Source of the DNA: Bispira polyomma
Lineage: Eukaryota
DNA length: 64,000 bases
Assembly: GCA_965649765.1 (NCBI GenBank)
Contig: OZ287748.1
Coordinates: forward strand, 64,232,001 to 64,296,000
Direction of reading: 5' to 3'
Under the pieces are notes generated by a model that did no database searches, was not told the origin of the DNA, and saw only the letters and a list, made by a program, of their open reading frames with translations. A program made the translations under genes and the position numbers. Shown in pieces: positions 14,601 to 29,400 of the stretch (the stretch's first letter is position 1; every line of letters begins with the position of its first letter).

Positions 14601-17600
14601 TACAATTTTTTTTCTAATACTTCCATAATAATTAATCTGTTAAGACTATATAAGAAACAAAAGTAATATTTCTTTACTGACCAACTACCCTAAGAACCTA
14701 GAATCAACTACAATAACTTAAACTAGTCATTAGATTTCTAGATTATCACGGAGGCAACATGGGTCAAGTGTTTCTAAGCATCACTAGCCTCTCACCTCTG
14801 AGGACAGTGGGTTTGGCTTCCACTGGTTTCTTTATGGTTCCTTTCCTAGGTTCTTGCCTTAGTTTGTTGGTGTCCAGCACAAATAGAACTGGTTTCCTCC
14901 ACCAATGAACAATATGACAAAATATGTTGAAAGTGACATGAAACCCTGATAAATTCAAATTCTAGATTATAACTAAGCTCTGCTTAATAATTTCATCAAC
15001 ATACTAAAAAATTGACGCAATGTAATGTCAGTCGCACTTAATTATATTTGTACATTTCATTTTGTTCACCATTATCATATCAAACTATCATGCTCACCTT
15101 TACTTGTTTTTCTGGACCACTTGACCATGCATTATTCTTTGATAATGTGTGGTTATCTTCCTCATATACATGGATATTTTTCTTCAGGCTGTCACTGCAG
15201 TCACTGTATTGTCCATCCTGACTGCTGGGTGACTGGATATCCACCTGTGGCTGTGGACTGTATCCAGGTTCCTTGGCTGTCAGCATCTTCAGAGCCTCCA
15301 TGCGGCAGTTGTACTTGCGTATCTTCTTCTGCTTCTCCTTCCTCCGTATGAACACAATGACAGCAATAAGGATCACAGACAAGCCGATGCATGCGCATGT
15401 TAATGACATCACAATAGTGAAGTTGGCACTGCTGAAGATACTGGATGAAGGCGTGTGCAAGGAGAACGGAATGGACTTATTCACCTCCACAAGCAACTCA
15501 GCTAAGGCACGTTTAGCGGGGGTGCCGCCATCTTGGGCTATTACTTGAAGTTCGAATAGGTGGAAATTAATATGATCAAAGGCCTTATTGACAGACACAA
15601 TCCCTGTTGAGCTATCCAGATGGAAGTATTCCTCTTCATTTCCCCCTTGGATGCTGAAGGTGATGCCCATTTTGCCATTGTTACCACTGTCTTTGTCATC
15701 AGCCTCTAGCCTTGCGAACTTGTGGCTGATAGCCGCTCTATTAGATATCCTGACTGTGTTATTGTTCAATGTGGGGAACAGGAACACCGGTTTGTTATCA
15801 TTGGCGTCTTCCACATACACATTTATCTTGGCAGTACTGCTCAGTTCTGGGGACAGTACGTCTCTGACTACAGCTATAAATAAATACACTTCCTTATCTT
15901 CCATGTCTAGAGTCTTCAAAGTAGTTAGTGATCCATTTTTTGGATGAATAGTAAATTTATCCAGGTCTGCAGGATTGATGGCATCAAGACTGTACTCGAA
16001 CTGGTTCCCTGGAGCGAGGTCTGAATCCGTGGCCGATGTCGTGCCAACCAGGGTTCCAGCGGGCATGTTCTCCCTCACTCCAAAAGAGTAGATCTTGTTG
16101 ACGAAGATTGGAGGTGAGTCATTAACATCTTCTATGTCTAGGATCACTGAACAGGTATTGGTTCGTCTTGGTGTGCCATGGTCTGAGGCAGACACTGTGA
16201 ACTTCACCTGAAACAAAGTCACAAATTACTGGCATGGTCTAAAAAACTAAAACAAACTCCTCCAGGACACAAATGATAGATAGATAACTCTCTTTTTTTA
16301 GGGCAATAACAATCACTAATTGACTGTACTTGGGAGAAAAGAAAACGTTAATTAGCAATTTGAATACAACACAATGATAGAGAAATTTGAATATGATACA
16401 ATAACTTTTAAATGCCCCCACTAAGCTTCAGTGTCTTATACAGGAATCAGTACTCTCTGGTGGTATTGCAATATCGGGAAAACGAATCGCTAAGCATTTA
16501 TATGACATAATTGCAGAAGACATTAACTACTTATATAAAAGTTTAAAGGATTCAAAACATGTACAATAGATGACAAATAACTAACATGTTCATTTAAAAG
16601 ATGTATAATTAAAGTTTTTGGTCCTGATACTGATTTACTTTTGCAAATGGAAATATCATTGTCAGAAGATCATTATTATTTATTATTATTCTTTAACTTG
16701 CTATGAGTGCGGACGGGTCACACCAGTAAAAACTAAATTTTCCAAACTAATGCTATTCATCCTCATTTCTCAATACTATGTGTAGATGACTTATTAGTAA
16801 GTTTTTTTTTATAAAATAAGCTAAATGGCTTGACTGGCTGAACAAAATAAAAGAGCCAGGGCTAAAGCCCTACCTGCCAGCTTCCAGAGTGATAGTATTA
16901 TTACTTTATCCCCCACAATCCCAGTTATCTGCAGGCATGGTTAAAAATGGCCAAATTGGCATGTCTCAAAAAACCCAGACACTTGTTGTCTTAACTTTAA
17001 GTGTGTGTGGCAGAGAATTGTTCAACAGTTGTATGCAGCGGCATAGTGATAAGGTCAACCATAGGGTCAAGTGTAAAAACTACATGTATAAGATGATACT
17101 TAGAATATTAATAATTTTTCAATATTTAAAGTTATTCATGAATTTATGACAATAAATATAATTTATTTGCCAAAAATATAAGTAGCTTATAGGTTGCCTG
17201 GATGAACATTGTTATTGAGCCTGGTGACATTTGAAAATTTAAGCGGGGAATTAACTGAAATTTGAGAGAGAAAATGATCCCTGTATCCTCGGTTCCTAGG
17301 AAAAGAAATCTTGGCATTTTCAATTGTATTCAGTTCTGTAGTTTAGTTTAAAAACAATTTATCTACATATTTTTAACTGAGATCAAAACAATATGATAGT
17401 CACTCGGCAAGGGAAACCTGGACAGTAAATGTGGATGTTTAATGTTTTACACTGTATTACTTATGGATGCGGTTATAGCTTTATTACACTAATATTCATG
17501 TACATTCCTAAAATGTCTTAACCTAGTGTATGTAAGGCCAGCCTCTTTTGACATATTGTAATATATGGCCAACTTACTAATTATTCTTAATATGCACACT

Positions 17601-17740
17601 ATTTTCACATTTCACATAGCCCTCTTATGATCCCTGGTTGACTTGTACTCACAAAACGTCTGAACAGTGGTAATCCTTATTCCAGCTGGCTAATCACAGG
17701 AAGTTAGGCAGGATCTAAGATAACCCCCCCCCCCCCCCCC

Positions 17741-17774
<34 letters not shown>

Positions 17775-20700
17775 AGGCCCTGAACCAGTTCAATAAAACT
17801 TCCTTTCATTCAGGCAACACATCAAAGACATAGTACTGGAAGTGAATCCCCAATAATACAAGAAGGATTGCTGGCAACCAACACCACCACCCCCTCATTC
17901 CCTTCTAAAACAGATAGAGAAGGCCAGTTCTGTGGTGTAATGGATGCTATCCTGCAGTTGACAGGGAGATGAAGGAATTTGTTTATCAAACAAAAGAGAA
18001 GAGTTAGCACACAAATAAGTATTAGTACTTTACTGGGAGTATACACTGTTCTGAATGGGAGAGTCCATTATTTTATAGGGTGGTAAGCTAGGTATTGCAC
18101 AAATGATATGGGGCAACAGCATAAGTTTTTAGGGCATAAAAAGCATAAGCATAATAATGTTATAAAATAAAATATACACTCAGGGTTCAGAAGCTACAAA
18201 AATTGCTGACTTATCTATTAGGTTTTAAGATACTTTTTCATTCTTGATGACCAAAGGTGCTAGTCACCTTTTGTAACCATCTTTAGTAACTAAATACAAT
18301 ACAGGGGTTTGATTTCCCATGCACTACCAGTGGATTAAGTTACAGTAACATAACAGATACAACTGTGCGCAATTCATGATAATGGTCTTAGCTTTATAGC
18401 ACCAGCTGTGGTTTGTGATGTGGTTAACGCTGGGTGTATTGGTGTATTGGAGAGTGTTGCATCTATCACAGAACAACATCAGTTACAAAACAATACCATG
18501 TGTTTGGTGAAAAGCATTAAGAGTCTCAGTATGTCTCAGTAAACAAAACAACCTACACAGTACTTTATTCATAAACAATATATTTGCAATTGATGGAGTT
18601 TAATTATGTATTTATGAAAATTGGCGCATTGCAATGAAAAGCCAAATAGCGAAAAATTGTTCTTCGTAATGCTGTTGTGCGACAAATTTATCCATGCAAA
18701 GCGATTAACCCCTGAAACACTAAGAATTAACTAGTGACCTTGATTATAATTGGTTGGTTACCATGCCCTTGTTACTTGTTTGCCTGTAAACTTTTTTTAC
18801 TTCAAATCTGTTACGTTAAAGTCATTTTAGTATTGTTTCCTTAGAACCCTCATTCTGTTATTTATCCTTCGTAATGTTTAGAACCCTTAATCCAATGAGA
18901 TCTTTGATATATTATGTTAAATGTCCATGTGTTGCATATATGTTATCACACCTGTCTCTAGATCTATGTGCAGGTATGAGTTTACACCCCTCCCCCCCCC
19001 TACACACATATACACACTAACAAACACCTGCTGCATCTGTCCTCTATCCAGGTTTTTGTTGGCTGTTATCACACCTGTCTCTAGATCTATGTTCAGGTAT
19101 AAGTTAACACCTCTCCCCCTACACACACACATACACAATCACAAACCTGCTGCATCTGTTCTCTGTCCAGTTTCTTGTTGGCTGTTATCACACCAGTCTC
19201 CAGATCTATGTTCAGGTATAAGTTACACCTCCCCCCCACACACACACATACACACTCACAAACCTGCTGCATCTGTTCTCTGTCCAGTTTCTTGCTGGCT
19301 GTTATCACACCTGTCTGTGGGTCTATGTGCAGGTATGAGTTGACGTCTCGTGTCAGACTGTACACAATCCTGCTGTTGTCTCCAGTGTCTGCGTCTGTGG
19401 CATTTACCTGGACAATGTAGTGACCCTCTGGGTTGTTCTCAACAATCCGGGACAGGTAGGTCTCACGGGAGAAGGAGGGTGAGTGGTCATTGATGTCTGT
19501 GACACTCACCTGAAGTGTGACAGTGAAGGACACAGTTAAGGTATTTTATATTTTGGAGATACACAAACCAATATTCCATGGCCTATATATAGGATGTGGG
19601 GTTAAAAACTCTTTGGTGTTCTCTTTGGTGTTCTCTTGTCTGTGCATTCATCGGTTGCCAACACAAGGTATATTCTAAAAGGCAACATCCGAATTGATAA
19701 GCCATTGATTATGATGCTAGTAATAGAATGCTAATATATAGTTAATTGGTTGTCATCAATAGCATGTCCATATCTTGTCTTGTGACCATTATTGTGTGAT
19801 CAGGAGTTTGAACTAGGACCCCCGGATCACCAGGCTTTAATTAACTGCTTTAATCAGTAGTACAATTGTGGACGTTCTGATCACCAGACAACAGCCTATA
19901 GGTAACAGCCTATGTTATGGGATACCACAATATGAGTATTGTTTTCTTCACTGACTAACTTGTCCAGGTTCCCTGTTGCAGGAGGGATTGGACATGCAAA
20001 GAACAAAAAAGTGAATACTGGAATGTTTCAACCTTTTTGTACTGTGGGGTCTGGGCAGCGGTCTGCACTCTATGGAGTGCTCTTCTAGTTTTACGAATAA
20101 TTTTAAATTAAGGCGCACATGTATGTCAATGGACTAGTATTAACATATTCTCAAACTTAGAGCTCAAACATATCTCATTCTTTGCTTCTTTGCACTCTCC
20201 AGTTTAGAAGACGGCTTAAACATGGTAGCAAAATGGTGGTCACAACAAACTTAATGTGTTGGTATGAAAATACCAAAAGCCTAGAAAAGATGCAAGAGCT
20301 TGTAGACACAAACGACTGGCTGGGGAAAAATCCAGGGAGTTCATTTGTAAAAAAAGTCAATTGCCGTAACAATATATTTTGTGTATTAAGTCTTGAAGAA
20401 GGGAAATGGCATCGTGCATCAAAGGGTAGTATTTGCTTGGGCTGGCTATAGTTTTTCCACTTGTATTCCTTCACTGAAGTATTCCCTAAATCTTCAGTCA
20501 ACTGGTTGTTTTCTTCTAAGGAAACTTTCTTTTGGGTGTGTGTGTGGATTTCCTACTTTATTATAAATTGTAATTGGAGTAAGCTATAAAATACAGTTTT
20601 CAAAAACATTCTAATAATATTGTAACTTAAAGAATACTATTTTTTCACGAAAGTTACTTTCATATCAATGTTTTTTTTTCATTCTACCCAATCTATTAAT

Positions 20701-23700
20701 TACAAGATATGGTTTGTTTTTGTTTTTTTTCAAGAAAAACCCAACAAAAAACCCAACAAGGATTGCAGATATCCCCCAAATGCCTTCATAAAACCTTACT
20801 TCATAACTTGGCCTTTTCTCACAGCTAGTTGTAAAAAAATTCTAAATTATTTCCTTCATCAATCTTTTGTGTTGGCCAACTTATTCAGCAAATTCAGTTT
20901 TTGCTCTCTAACTCGGAGAATCTGTTTAAGTAGGGTTAAGATCGCAAGGTTAAAACAACTCAACTTTGAATTAGAACTCTGAATTAGGTACCCTTCAGCG
21001 GTACTTACCGGTATCTCCCTTATAGTTGTCTGTGGTCTGACCCCTCCATCTCTACACACCACTGACAAGATGTACCTGGCCTGTACCTCTCTGTCTAGGG
21101 CTGAGGCTGTTACTAATTTGTACTGTGCACTGTATAGCTCCTGTAACTGGAAGTGGGAGTCACTGAGGCTGCAGTTAAACCGGCCGTTCCGCCCAGAATC
21201 CCTGTCTGTCACTGAGATGTGTGCCACGAAAGCACCTGCTGGAGTGTGTTCTGTAAAATGTAAAGAGATATTAATAATGTTAGTTAATTTGTTTAGGTTT
21301 AAAGTTTGCTGTCAACATGCTTATTGTCATGTCACAACAGGCAGCTGACCGGAAGAGGAAATCAGAAAGAGGTTGTTCATCAAGGGTTTTCTTCTGTTCT
21401 GAAAGTGCGAGTCACTGCTATAATAATCACTGCATGGCCCCTCAGTCGCTAAAATGTATACCTTTAAAGTAATACGAAAACGTATACATTTACAGAAATC
21501 TGCTTGATAGCAAATTGTTTACTGAACACTGACCAATGATATAACAGCTATGCTAGGGGATTAGACATAATCCTATCTTGGTGGTCACTTTCAAAGCTTT
21601 CGAGTGACACACAACAAATAAATGAATCCACCCACCACCCAAATGATTATTGGAGGAGGTAGGGTTATGTGTATTGTTATGTTTATACTGCGTTAGTTTA
21701 TAGTACTACAATTTTATTGCACAGTATAAGTAATAGCATTTTAAAATTTTTATACTGAGATTTTTTTGTCAAGTTGTATATAGAGGCAACTGAAAATAAA
21801 TCTTATACCAAATGTACGTCAGACTTTGTTACATCATTTACATTGGTAATGAACTATTAAACTGACTTTAAAATGTATCAAGGTCAAAATAGCATGAACC
21901 TTGAATGTGACCTTTAAAGGTCAAATCATTTAACCATAGCAAGCCACTGCCACCAACCCATAGCAAGTTTACTGCCAGCTGTCCGGGATGCATGCCTGGG
22001 CCAGAACCTAAAACTGCAGAGATGGGAAGGCAAGTGTGTTATGACTACATAACACCACCGCCCACTGAAAGATATAATTTGAAGCAGAGAATACAATTCA
22101 GCACATATCAAATAATGCATGGTGATTTATAATATATAATTGGTATTCAGAAACACTAGCATCTGTAATATATATATTGATATTGAGTGGTTTAAATACC
22201 CACTTTAAACAGCAGTTCTCAGCCAATGGGTTGTATTTCTAATGGCTGGCTAAAAAACATTAATGATGTTGATAAATGGTCATCCTCAAGTCTGTGTCTT
22301 CCAGTTAGGTACATGACCGTTAATGGTGCTAATTGGCTGTACTTTTGCACACAAGAAAAGATAAATTACGCCTTTGAGTACTTCAAAGCAGGGAGATACT
22401 ACACTGAGTAGTATAACATACAATACACAAAAAAATGAATATATCTGGTTATATATTTTAGAACCATTTAGGAAGACTTTGTCAAAGCATGACCCAAAGA
22501 ACTATTAAGTAGGTTTATATGAAAACAAGGTTTATGAAGAAACTGACAATATCAATATTAATTCATGTTTGTTACTGTATTTTACTATGAGTTAAAAATA
22601 ACTAAACTAGGAAAATTTCCTATAACTTAAATATCTAATGTATTATTTTATACATTTTTGTTCCCTCCATATCAATGGCATTAAATGTACAATTTTATTC
22701 AGATATGAAACACATATAGGTACAACATTGGCCCTGTACTTATTTTTGTTTATTTGTCAATTTTTATTTATTACTTCTGAAAAAGCTTTGGTCCCTTGAC
22801 AAAGTTATGTAAGTGAAAATGATACTATAATACATGGCTTCTCTCGAGGGAAATCTACCCATTTCAAGAAAACAATGTATTTCTCATTCTCTGTTCCAGG
22901 AGATAACATTTTTGTTTAATTTTTACAAAAAACTATTGAACTTCACTTTGAATAGGAACAATTATGAGTTGTCAAAGAGAGAACAATGAAGATGTCGTTC
23001 TGTTTTCGGTTTGACCACACATGAAAGGAGCAAATAAGAGTCAAAATTGCAACTTCTTCATTTATAAATAAACTGTTTACTCTTAACTTTATATCTCAAG
23101 TTCCAGTTGTATATTATAAGATCAACTGTCATGCTTCAAGGTGACTTCATGTCCTCAATTTATTGAAGGTTAAGTATTATGTCTAATATTGTAAAGTAAG
23201 GTTACCATAACGGCACCTGTTTGGAGTGGAATATTTCAGCTTTTGAGGTAATCATGCAGTTAACATAAAACCCAAAACTAAAATATGAAAATTGCATGGG
23301 ATTGATATAAGAATGGCATGTATTAATGAGATATCCCCGAGTTTCACTATAATGAGCCACAAACAAGTTTTAACTACAATCTTTTTAGTTTGTTTATACA
23401 CCTTAAGCTTGCTTCATTGCAATGAAACAATGACCATTCTAAAAGAAAGCAATCAGTAAGTAAAAACATATAGTTGCGGCACTGGTCTAGTGGGTAGCAC
23501 ACTCGTTTAGGTGGATAGATGACCTGGGTTCGATTCCAGTCTAGGGCATCTAGGTACATGCAGATATTTAATGGCTCGAATGCCTACAGTAGGTCCTATC
23601 TCAAGTGGCAGGCTAAATAAACTTGAGGATGTTGATAAATGGTCATAGGGGTGTGGCAGTTGGCTGTACTTGGGAAGACCATAAAATAACTGTATTGTAA

Positions 23701-26418
23701 AACCGCTTTTATCCAAACTTCTGTCATCCGAATATTCAGTTTTATGAACTCAATTCCACTGTCCCAAATCTATATTTTTCTATTATTGTTTTTCCAGAAA
23801 TACCTCTTCTATTTTATTAACCTTCTTTCATTTGAACAAAATCTGAGTCTCCCAACATATTCGGATAATGCTTATATTTATCTATATGTATTATATTATT
23901 TTCAGGTCTTATACTATATTGTATAAAAATAAAATCAAATGTGTCTATATATACAAGTATTTAAATACATTTAGTGGTGACAGAGTAAAAATCAAAATTT
24001 TAAAATAAAAATGACTTTCCAAAGAGGTTATGTTAAATTGTGAACTAAGTAACACCACAGCTCGATTAAATCTATGGCTGTAATTTGAACTGTTGCTCTA
24101 GAATAATGTTAGCTTTCATGGGAATAGCTTCTGCAAACATGAAAAGCTTCATAGATTGAGAAATGTGTAACCTGAAATCTCGGGAGTTCTGTTTCTCTAT
24201 CATCTTAAGCCTAAGATTGCATCATGGGAGATTGGGTATACTTTGCTTAAATCCGCCATCTTCTTAAAGAAATGAGATGGTTTTGTTTTTTTTTGTTGGT
24301 CATTTTTTCAAAACCAGTGTTTTATGTCTTTTAGTGAACTTAAGCTTGCATTTTGGTATAATCTTTGATTAAAAAAAGAATGCTGCATCAGTATCTTGCT
24401 TTACCTTTTATCAGAAATTGACATCACAGCTCCCTTAAAGGTTTTAGACTCTCTCCAATAATACCAACATGTATGGAAGAAGGGGGGGGGGGGTGGAGAT
24501 GACTATAATGTAGTACTATGGGGTGAATATTTGCTAAATGTATCTGCAGCCTTCAATTTACCTCAAAGGAGCCCTGAGTATGCATAAAATAGCAGCACAA
24601 AGTGGATAGTGCTTTTTCTTTAACTTAGTGTCAGGAATGCTTAATCAGCCACTCTTTTTAGTTATTTTGAGGAAAGACTTGCCATAAAAACTGGGGTGAT
24701 TATATTTTATAGGGTTGGAGGGGGAGTTTCTGGTGGGGGGCTGATTTTATGTCTCAAAGTTTTGCTTTGTTGTTTTATAATTGCCATCCTTGACCATTGT
24801 ATCTTATTGCTCATCTATATTTAATGTACTACTTGATCGGGGCTCCTATAGTTTATCAAAAGTTCATCAAACTTAATCTCACACTAATCTCAAAATATAT
24901 CCTGCTTTATTTTTATATTTGTGTGTACAAATAATGATATAAAACAAAATCTGATCACACAATTGACTTCCTTGCTGAAAGTTAATTAGTTAATTACTTG
25001 CTAATATCTATCAATAAGGAAAACCTGGAGTTGATGTAGTTTAAAACCTTTAATAAATGAAGCTCTTCGTCCTTCCTCTGTCTAGAAAACAAACTTTCCA
25101 AATAGTGTAGCGCATGGAGTATTAAAAACATGGTAGCTCTATATTTTATAGATAACCATGTGCTACAGACTACAACTAAACTATTAGCTGAATTGACCCT
25201 AATTTAGACTACATTGCACTATTTGTTGCAGAAGACACAGCTTTCAGGAGGAAGTCGAACTGCTCTTTCTACTTCGGCCTGTCAGAGGTCTACCGGAAAC
25301 TGGTCGGAGAACTGTTATTTAACACAGACATTGAAAGTCGGCGTCTTAGATCAAAACAAAAAACAGCTCTGGTTTTATCTCCTTAGTTCATAAGTGAAAA
25401 ATATGGTTTTAAATTTGATTTAGAAGTTAAATAAAAATAACAGTGCAATAATTGATTTTCAGTTTTGCATTTCCATATTGCAGTTTAAATCTAATCCGAT
25501 TGGATTTACAAGTCAATTTACTGAAGTTGGAGAAAAAATACAAAGAGTATAAAAACTGGTGTTTTTTGTTGCTTGAGCTGGACTGGGTACTTGTTATGAT
25601 CTGAGATGCTATTCTTAGGTTGCTTGTCTAATTTCTTTTATTTTTCTACCAGTGAAAGGCTTTTCCTTCTATCTATAAAGGAATTAATTGGTTCTTTAGA
25701 CCAAGTGTATAGCTCTTCAAATGTACTTTGCTGTTGATGACCTTTACAAACTTTTTGTTGATTCCAGACATGAAAGACATTATTAACATACATATTTGTT
25801 TGTTTTTTATAATCATATAGAAAACAATGCAAGTATTTCTTATAAACATAGGATATTTTATATGACCTCAGTGTAATATTTTTGGCATTGTCTTGTTATT
25901 ACAATAATTTCAAAAACTTCCTTATTGATTACCAGATGTGGCCATTGCCTTATATTTCTTTGGCCTATTTCTTAAATATACCATCTTCAATTTAGTTGAT
26001 TTTGATGTCACTTTCAACAGCTTGGAGACATATCACGACGGCCAGATTTAACGGTGTAATGAACTAGTGCTAAAGCACTGTAAACCACGAACATACAGCA
26101 AGTATACCTGTCAGAAATATACACCCTATGAATAATTAAACCTCTGAGACATAGGAAACCTAATTTGTAAACCCCTCACAGATATTAAAACAGTGTTTTG
26201 TATCATTAATCTCGGAAAACATGACTTTTTGAAAGGCTTTTGAAATATCCGTTTTGAAAGAACACATGACAATTAACGATATCAGTAATTCCCCCAGAAT
26301 AATGAGTTATGTATGAATATTTTATGCAGTGATGATAAAACAGATTAATTTTAGCATTTACACAACAATAAAGAAATATTCATCATTGCTTTGTTAAAGT
26401 AGAACATTATCCTCTATA

Positions 26419-26452
<34 letters not shown>

Positions 26453-29400
26453 ACTTTTGTCTGTGATGTCTTATGTCTAATACTGTCTTATGTCTAGTAA
26501 TGTAACTACTTCGAAAATATATATTATACAAAGATCCCATATGCATAGAACTCTGACAAGCTGCCAAGAAAACTGTCAGAACAAGTGTATACTGTTGACA
26601 TTTCTTTAAATGAATAGCATCTTGAATTCTATACAGCCCTTCTGTGTGAGAACTTTGGGGACATGGCAGGTTCATTAGTATGAAAGGCTATGTGTATTAG
26701 AGATGTGGTTCTAATGGAGTAGGGAATACCATGCGAGGAGTCCCACTGGAAGTATATGGAAGAGGTTTGTTGGAATAAAATAGCAAAATATGGCAAGCTT
26801 TACAGAAACATGTATCAAAATATATGGACAGAAATAATATTATCTAAGCACCAAATGTCTCAGTTTTTGGTGTGTGTGTGTTGTACTTTGTATATATGAG
26901 CTGTTTATTAATAAACATTCACATTGTTAAAACTTGTGTCTCAGACAATTTGACTGGCTGAAAATATTTTTTTTTTTTAATCTGATTGACTGATGCTATG
27001 ACAATTTTGAGAATTGCATTCTCACAATGCTTGTGAATACCTGCCCCTAACACCAAACTTGACTGAAAAAGGTGGAGTTTTGCAAGTGTTTACTTGATAA
27101 GACCATCAAAAAACAACAACAATGAACATCTTATAGTCAATAATAACTTCTTCAATCATCTGTACACACTTTAGACAATGTGCCACTCTCTCTGGGCCAA
27201 AAAGTATTTGATGACTTAAACTATTTTAGATTTTTTTCAGAGAGAATGACATCAATTGACCCTTACCCAATAAGCAGCTGTGACAAATGTGGTATCAGAG
27301 GCAAGAGTACCAAAAATTTGAACAAACAAGATTGGCAATGGGGTAGTGTGCATACTTCCACCTGAAGGCAGCACACTGCACAAAACTACAAAAACAAAAC
27401 CCAGGAACCACCCTTCTAACCAGCTTCAGTACACAAGTGAATACATTATTTCTCCCATCCCTCCACCAAATTTCATTTAAGTCAGTTCAGTAGTTTTCGT
27501 GTAATCCTGGTGACAAACAAACCAACAGTGGGAGGAAAAAGTAAAATCTCATTGGTATTTACTGAATGTGTGGTTACCATCCTTACTTCATCAATAGAAG
27601 TAACTAATATAGTGAAAAATGTTACAAAATGCTCCTCAGAAATATAAGGAACAGTTTATTTATTCAGTAAAAATGATTGATCTGTGTAAGCTAAATCCAA
27701 ATATAAAGATAGGTACAATTTTTTGTCCCAACAGAGATCTAACAGCACAGATACCTTTTTAAACACCATCTAAGTTTGTCCCTTCTAAACCCCATCACAT
27801 ATTTTTTTCAGACACGGCTTATGATGAAAATATTAAGAAAAGAAAAGAAAAAAAAAGGGTTATAAATATGTTTCGGACTCTAAGATCCGGACACCAATTC
27901 CAGACCAATGTATATTCACCATAAGACCAAGTTTCCAGTCTAGACAGTTGTTTGCATTAGTAGTTACTTGTGGAGTGTCAGGGTGGCTTTGTTTTTCTTA
28001 CTTTGATGTATTACTTTGAATAAAATTACCCCTGCAATATATCCTGATCTAAGTCAATACTCATTAAGGAACATCAGCCCATCCTTACTGTAAAGGTTGA
28101 CTCAAAGCTTTGTCTATGCAGAATTGTATGCCATGCTGGTCCGCCACACTGACACACAACTCCTTTGCCTCAAAAATTGCACTGCCTACAGATTGAATTC
28201 TGTATTAAATTGAAATAGTAAAAGTTATCATGTTAAAGACTGTCAATGCACAGGAGCCAGCCTACTTATCATCTATGCTGTCTTTCAGCAATCTCACCAG
28301 CGAAAATCGTCTCTTCACCTGTAACGTTTTGCCCCAAAAACTAGCAGGTTCAAAATCATTTAAAGTTCCAGCACCTGTTAAATGGAATAATCCCTCCACT
28401 AGTTTTTGCACTAAGACAATGAATATAGGTTTCAGAAAAAAGCACAAAACAAATCTGTATAAACTTTACTGTATAGCTTTTTCATACTAACATTTGTCTG
28501 CTTGGTTACGACAGAACTCTGATCACAAACCTTTTCTCCTATAGGACTATTATTTTGCATATCACAGGGGATGTGTACCATAGAAGATGCCTAGTCATCG
28601 ATTTTGGCACACGCTATAGAAGTAATAACAATATTGTCTCTTGTACAGAGAGGTGGCATATTTAAATGATGTAACTGAACCCCCTGGTTACTGAGTTTGG
28701 TCATTGATAAAGTTATAGGATTTATTTGTGTGAAAACTGGTGATGAGATGATATTACATGGCACACAATTTTGTGTTATGTTGTTTGAATGTATGCTTAA
28801 ACTATAGGTAAATACAGCAAAATATATTTACACTATTCTCATAATCTAAACAAAATGTGTCTAACCTTATAGATGTAGTTATTATAGAAAAATCTTTACA
28901 ATCCAAACATTCTGATAGATTCTGTGGCTGTTGCATAGTGGTTATATAAATACTTGCTTTAATGTCACCACCTATCCCACCTCTCAAGGAAATCGATTTA
29001 ACTCCCACTGTTTCCTTCATGCGAATAAGTTTGTCAAGAACTTCAAGTGTACCGCTACCACAAGTAGCTATCAGAATATGACATAATGCTAGAAAATTAG
29101 CCTGTGCTATCATCAAGAGTCTTGACATCTGAAGTTTAGAACTTACCTTGAACATGGGCATATTTCTGAAGCAGGTTGACTGTGATATTTGGTGCGTTAT
29201 CGTTGACATCAATAACTATCACCCTCACAGTGGTTTCTGTTCGCACAGAGTTTGGTCCTTTGTCCCTAGCGGAAACAGCCAGGGTGTAGCTGGACTCGCG
29301 TTCATGATCCAGGGGCCTCTTGATCTTGATGATGCCTGTGACAGAATCTATCCGGAATACCTGGCCATAGCTCTCTGTGGTGTAACTAATGAAAGAGTAC

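Noticed and set aside
17724-17771. C18-A30 homopolymer as a retrocopy poly(A) tail
   Set aside because: No upstream processed sequence or TSD seen, and homopolymer lengths are error-prone.
20182-20451. Tudor-like peptide (FCVLSLEEGKWHRA)
   Set aside because: Very short resemblance, no splice support and no true ATG; needs an HMM search and is probably a TE remnant or chance.
23474-23560. Functional tRNA gene (also considered at 6760-6839)
   Set aside because: A and B boxes are present but no cloverleaf; the sequences continue into SINE-like bodies.
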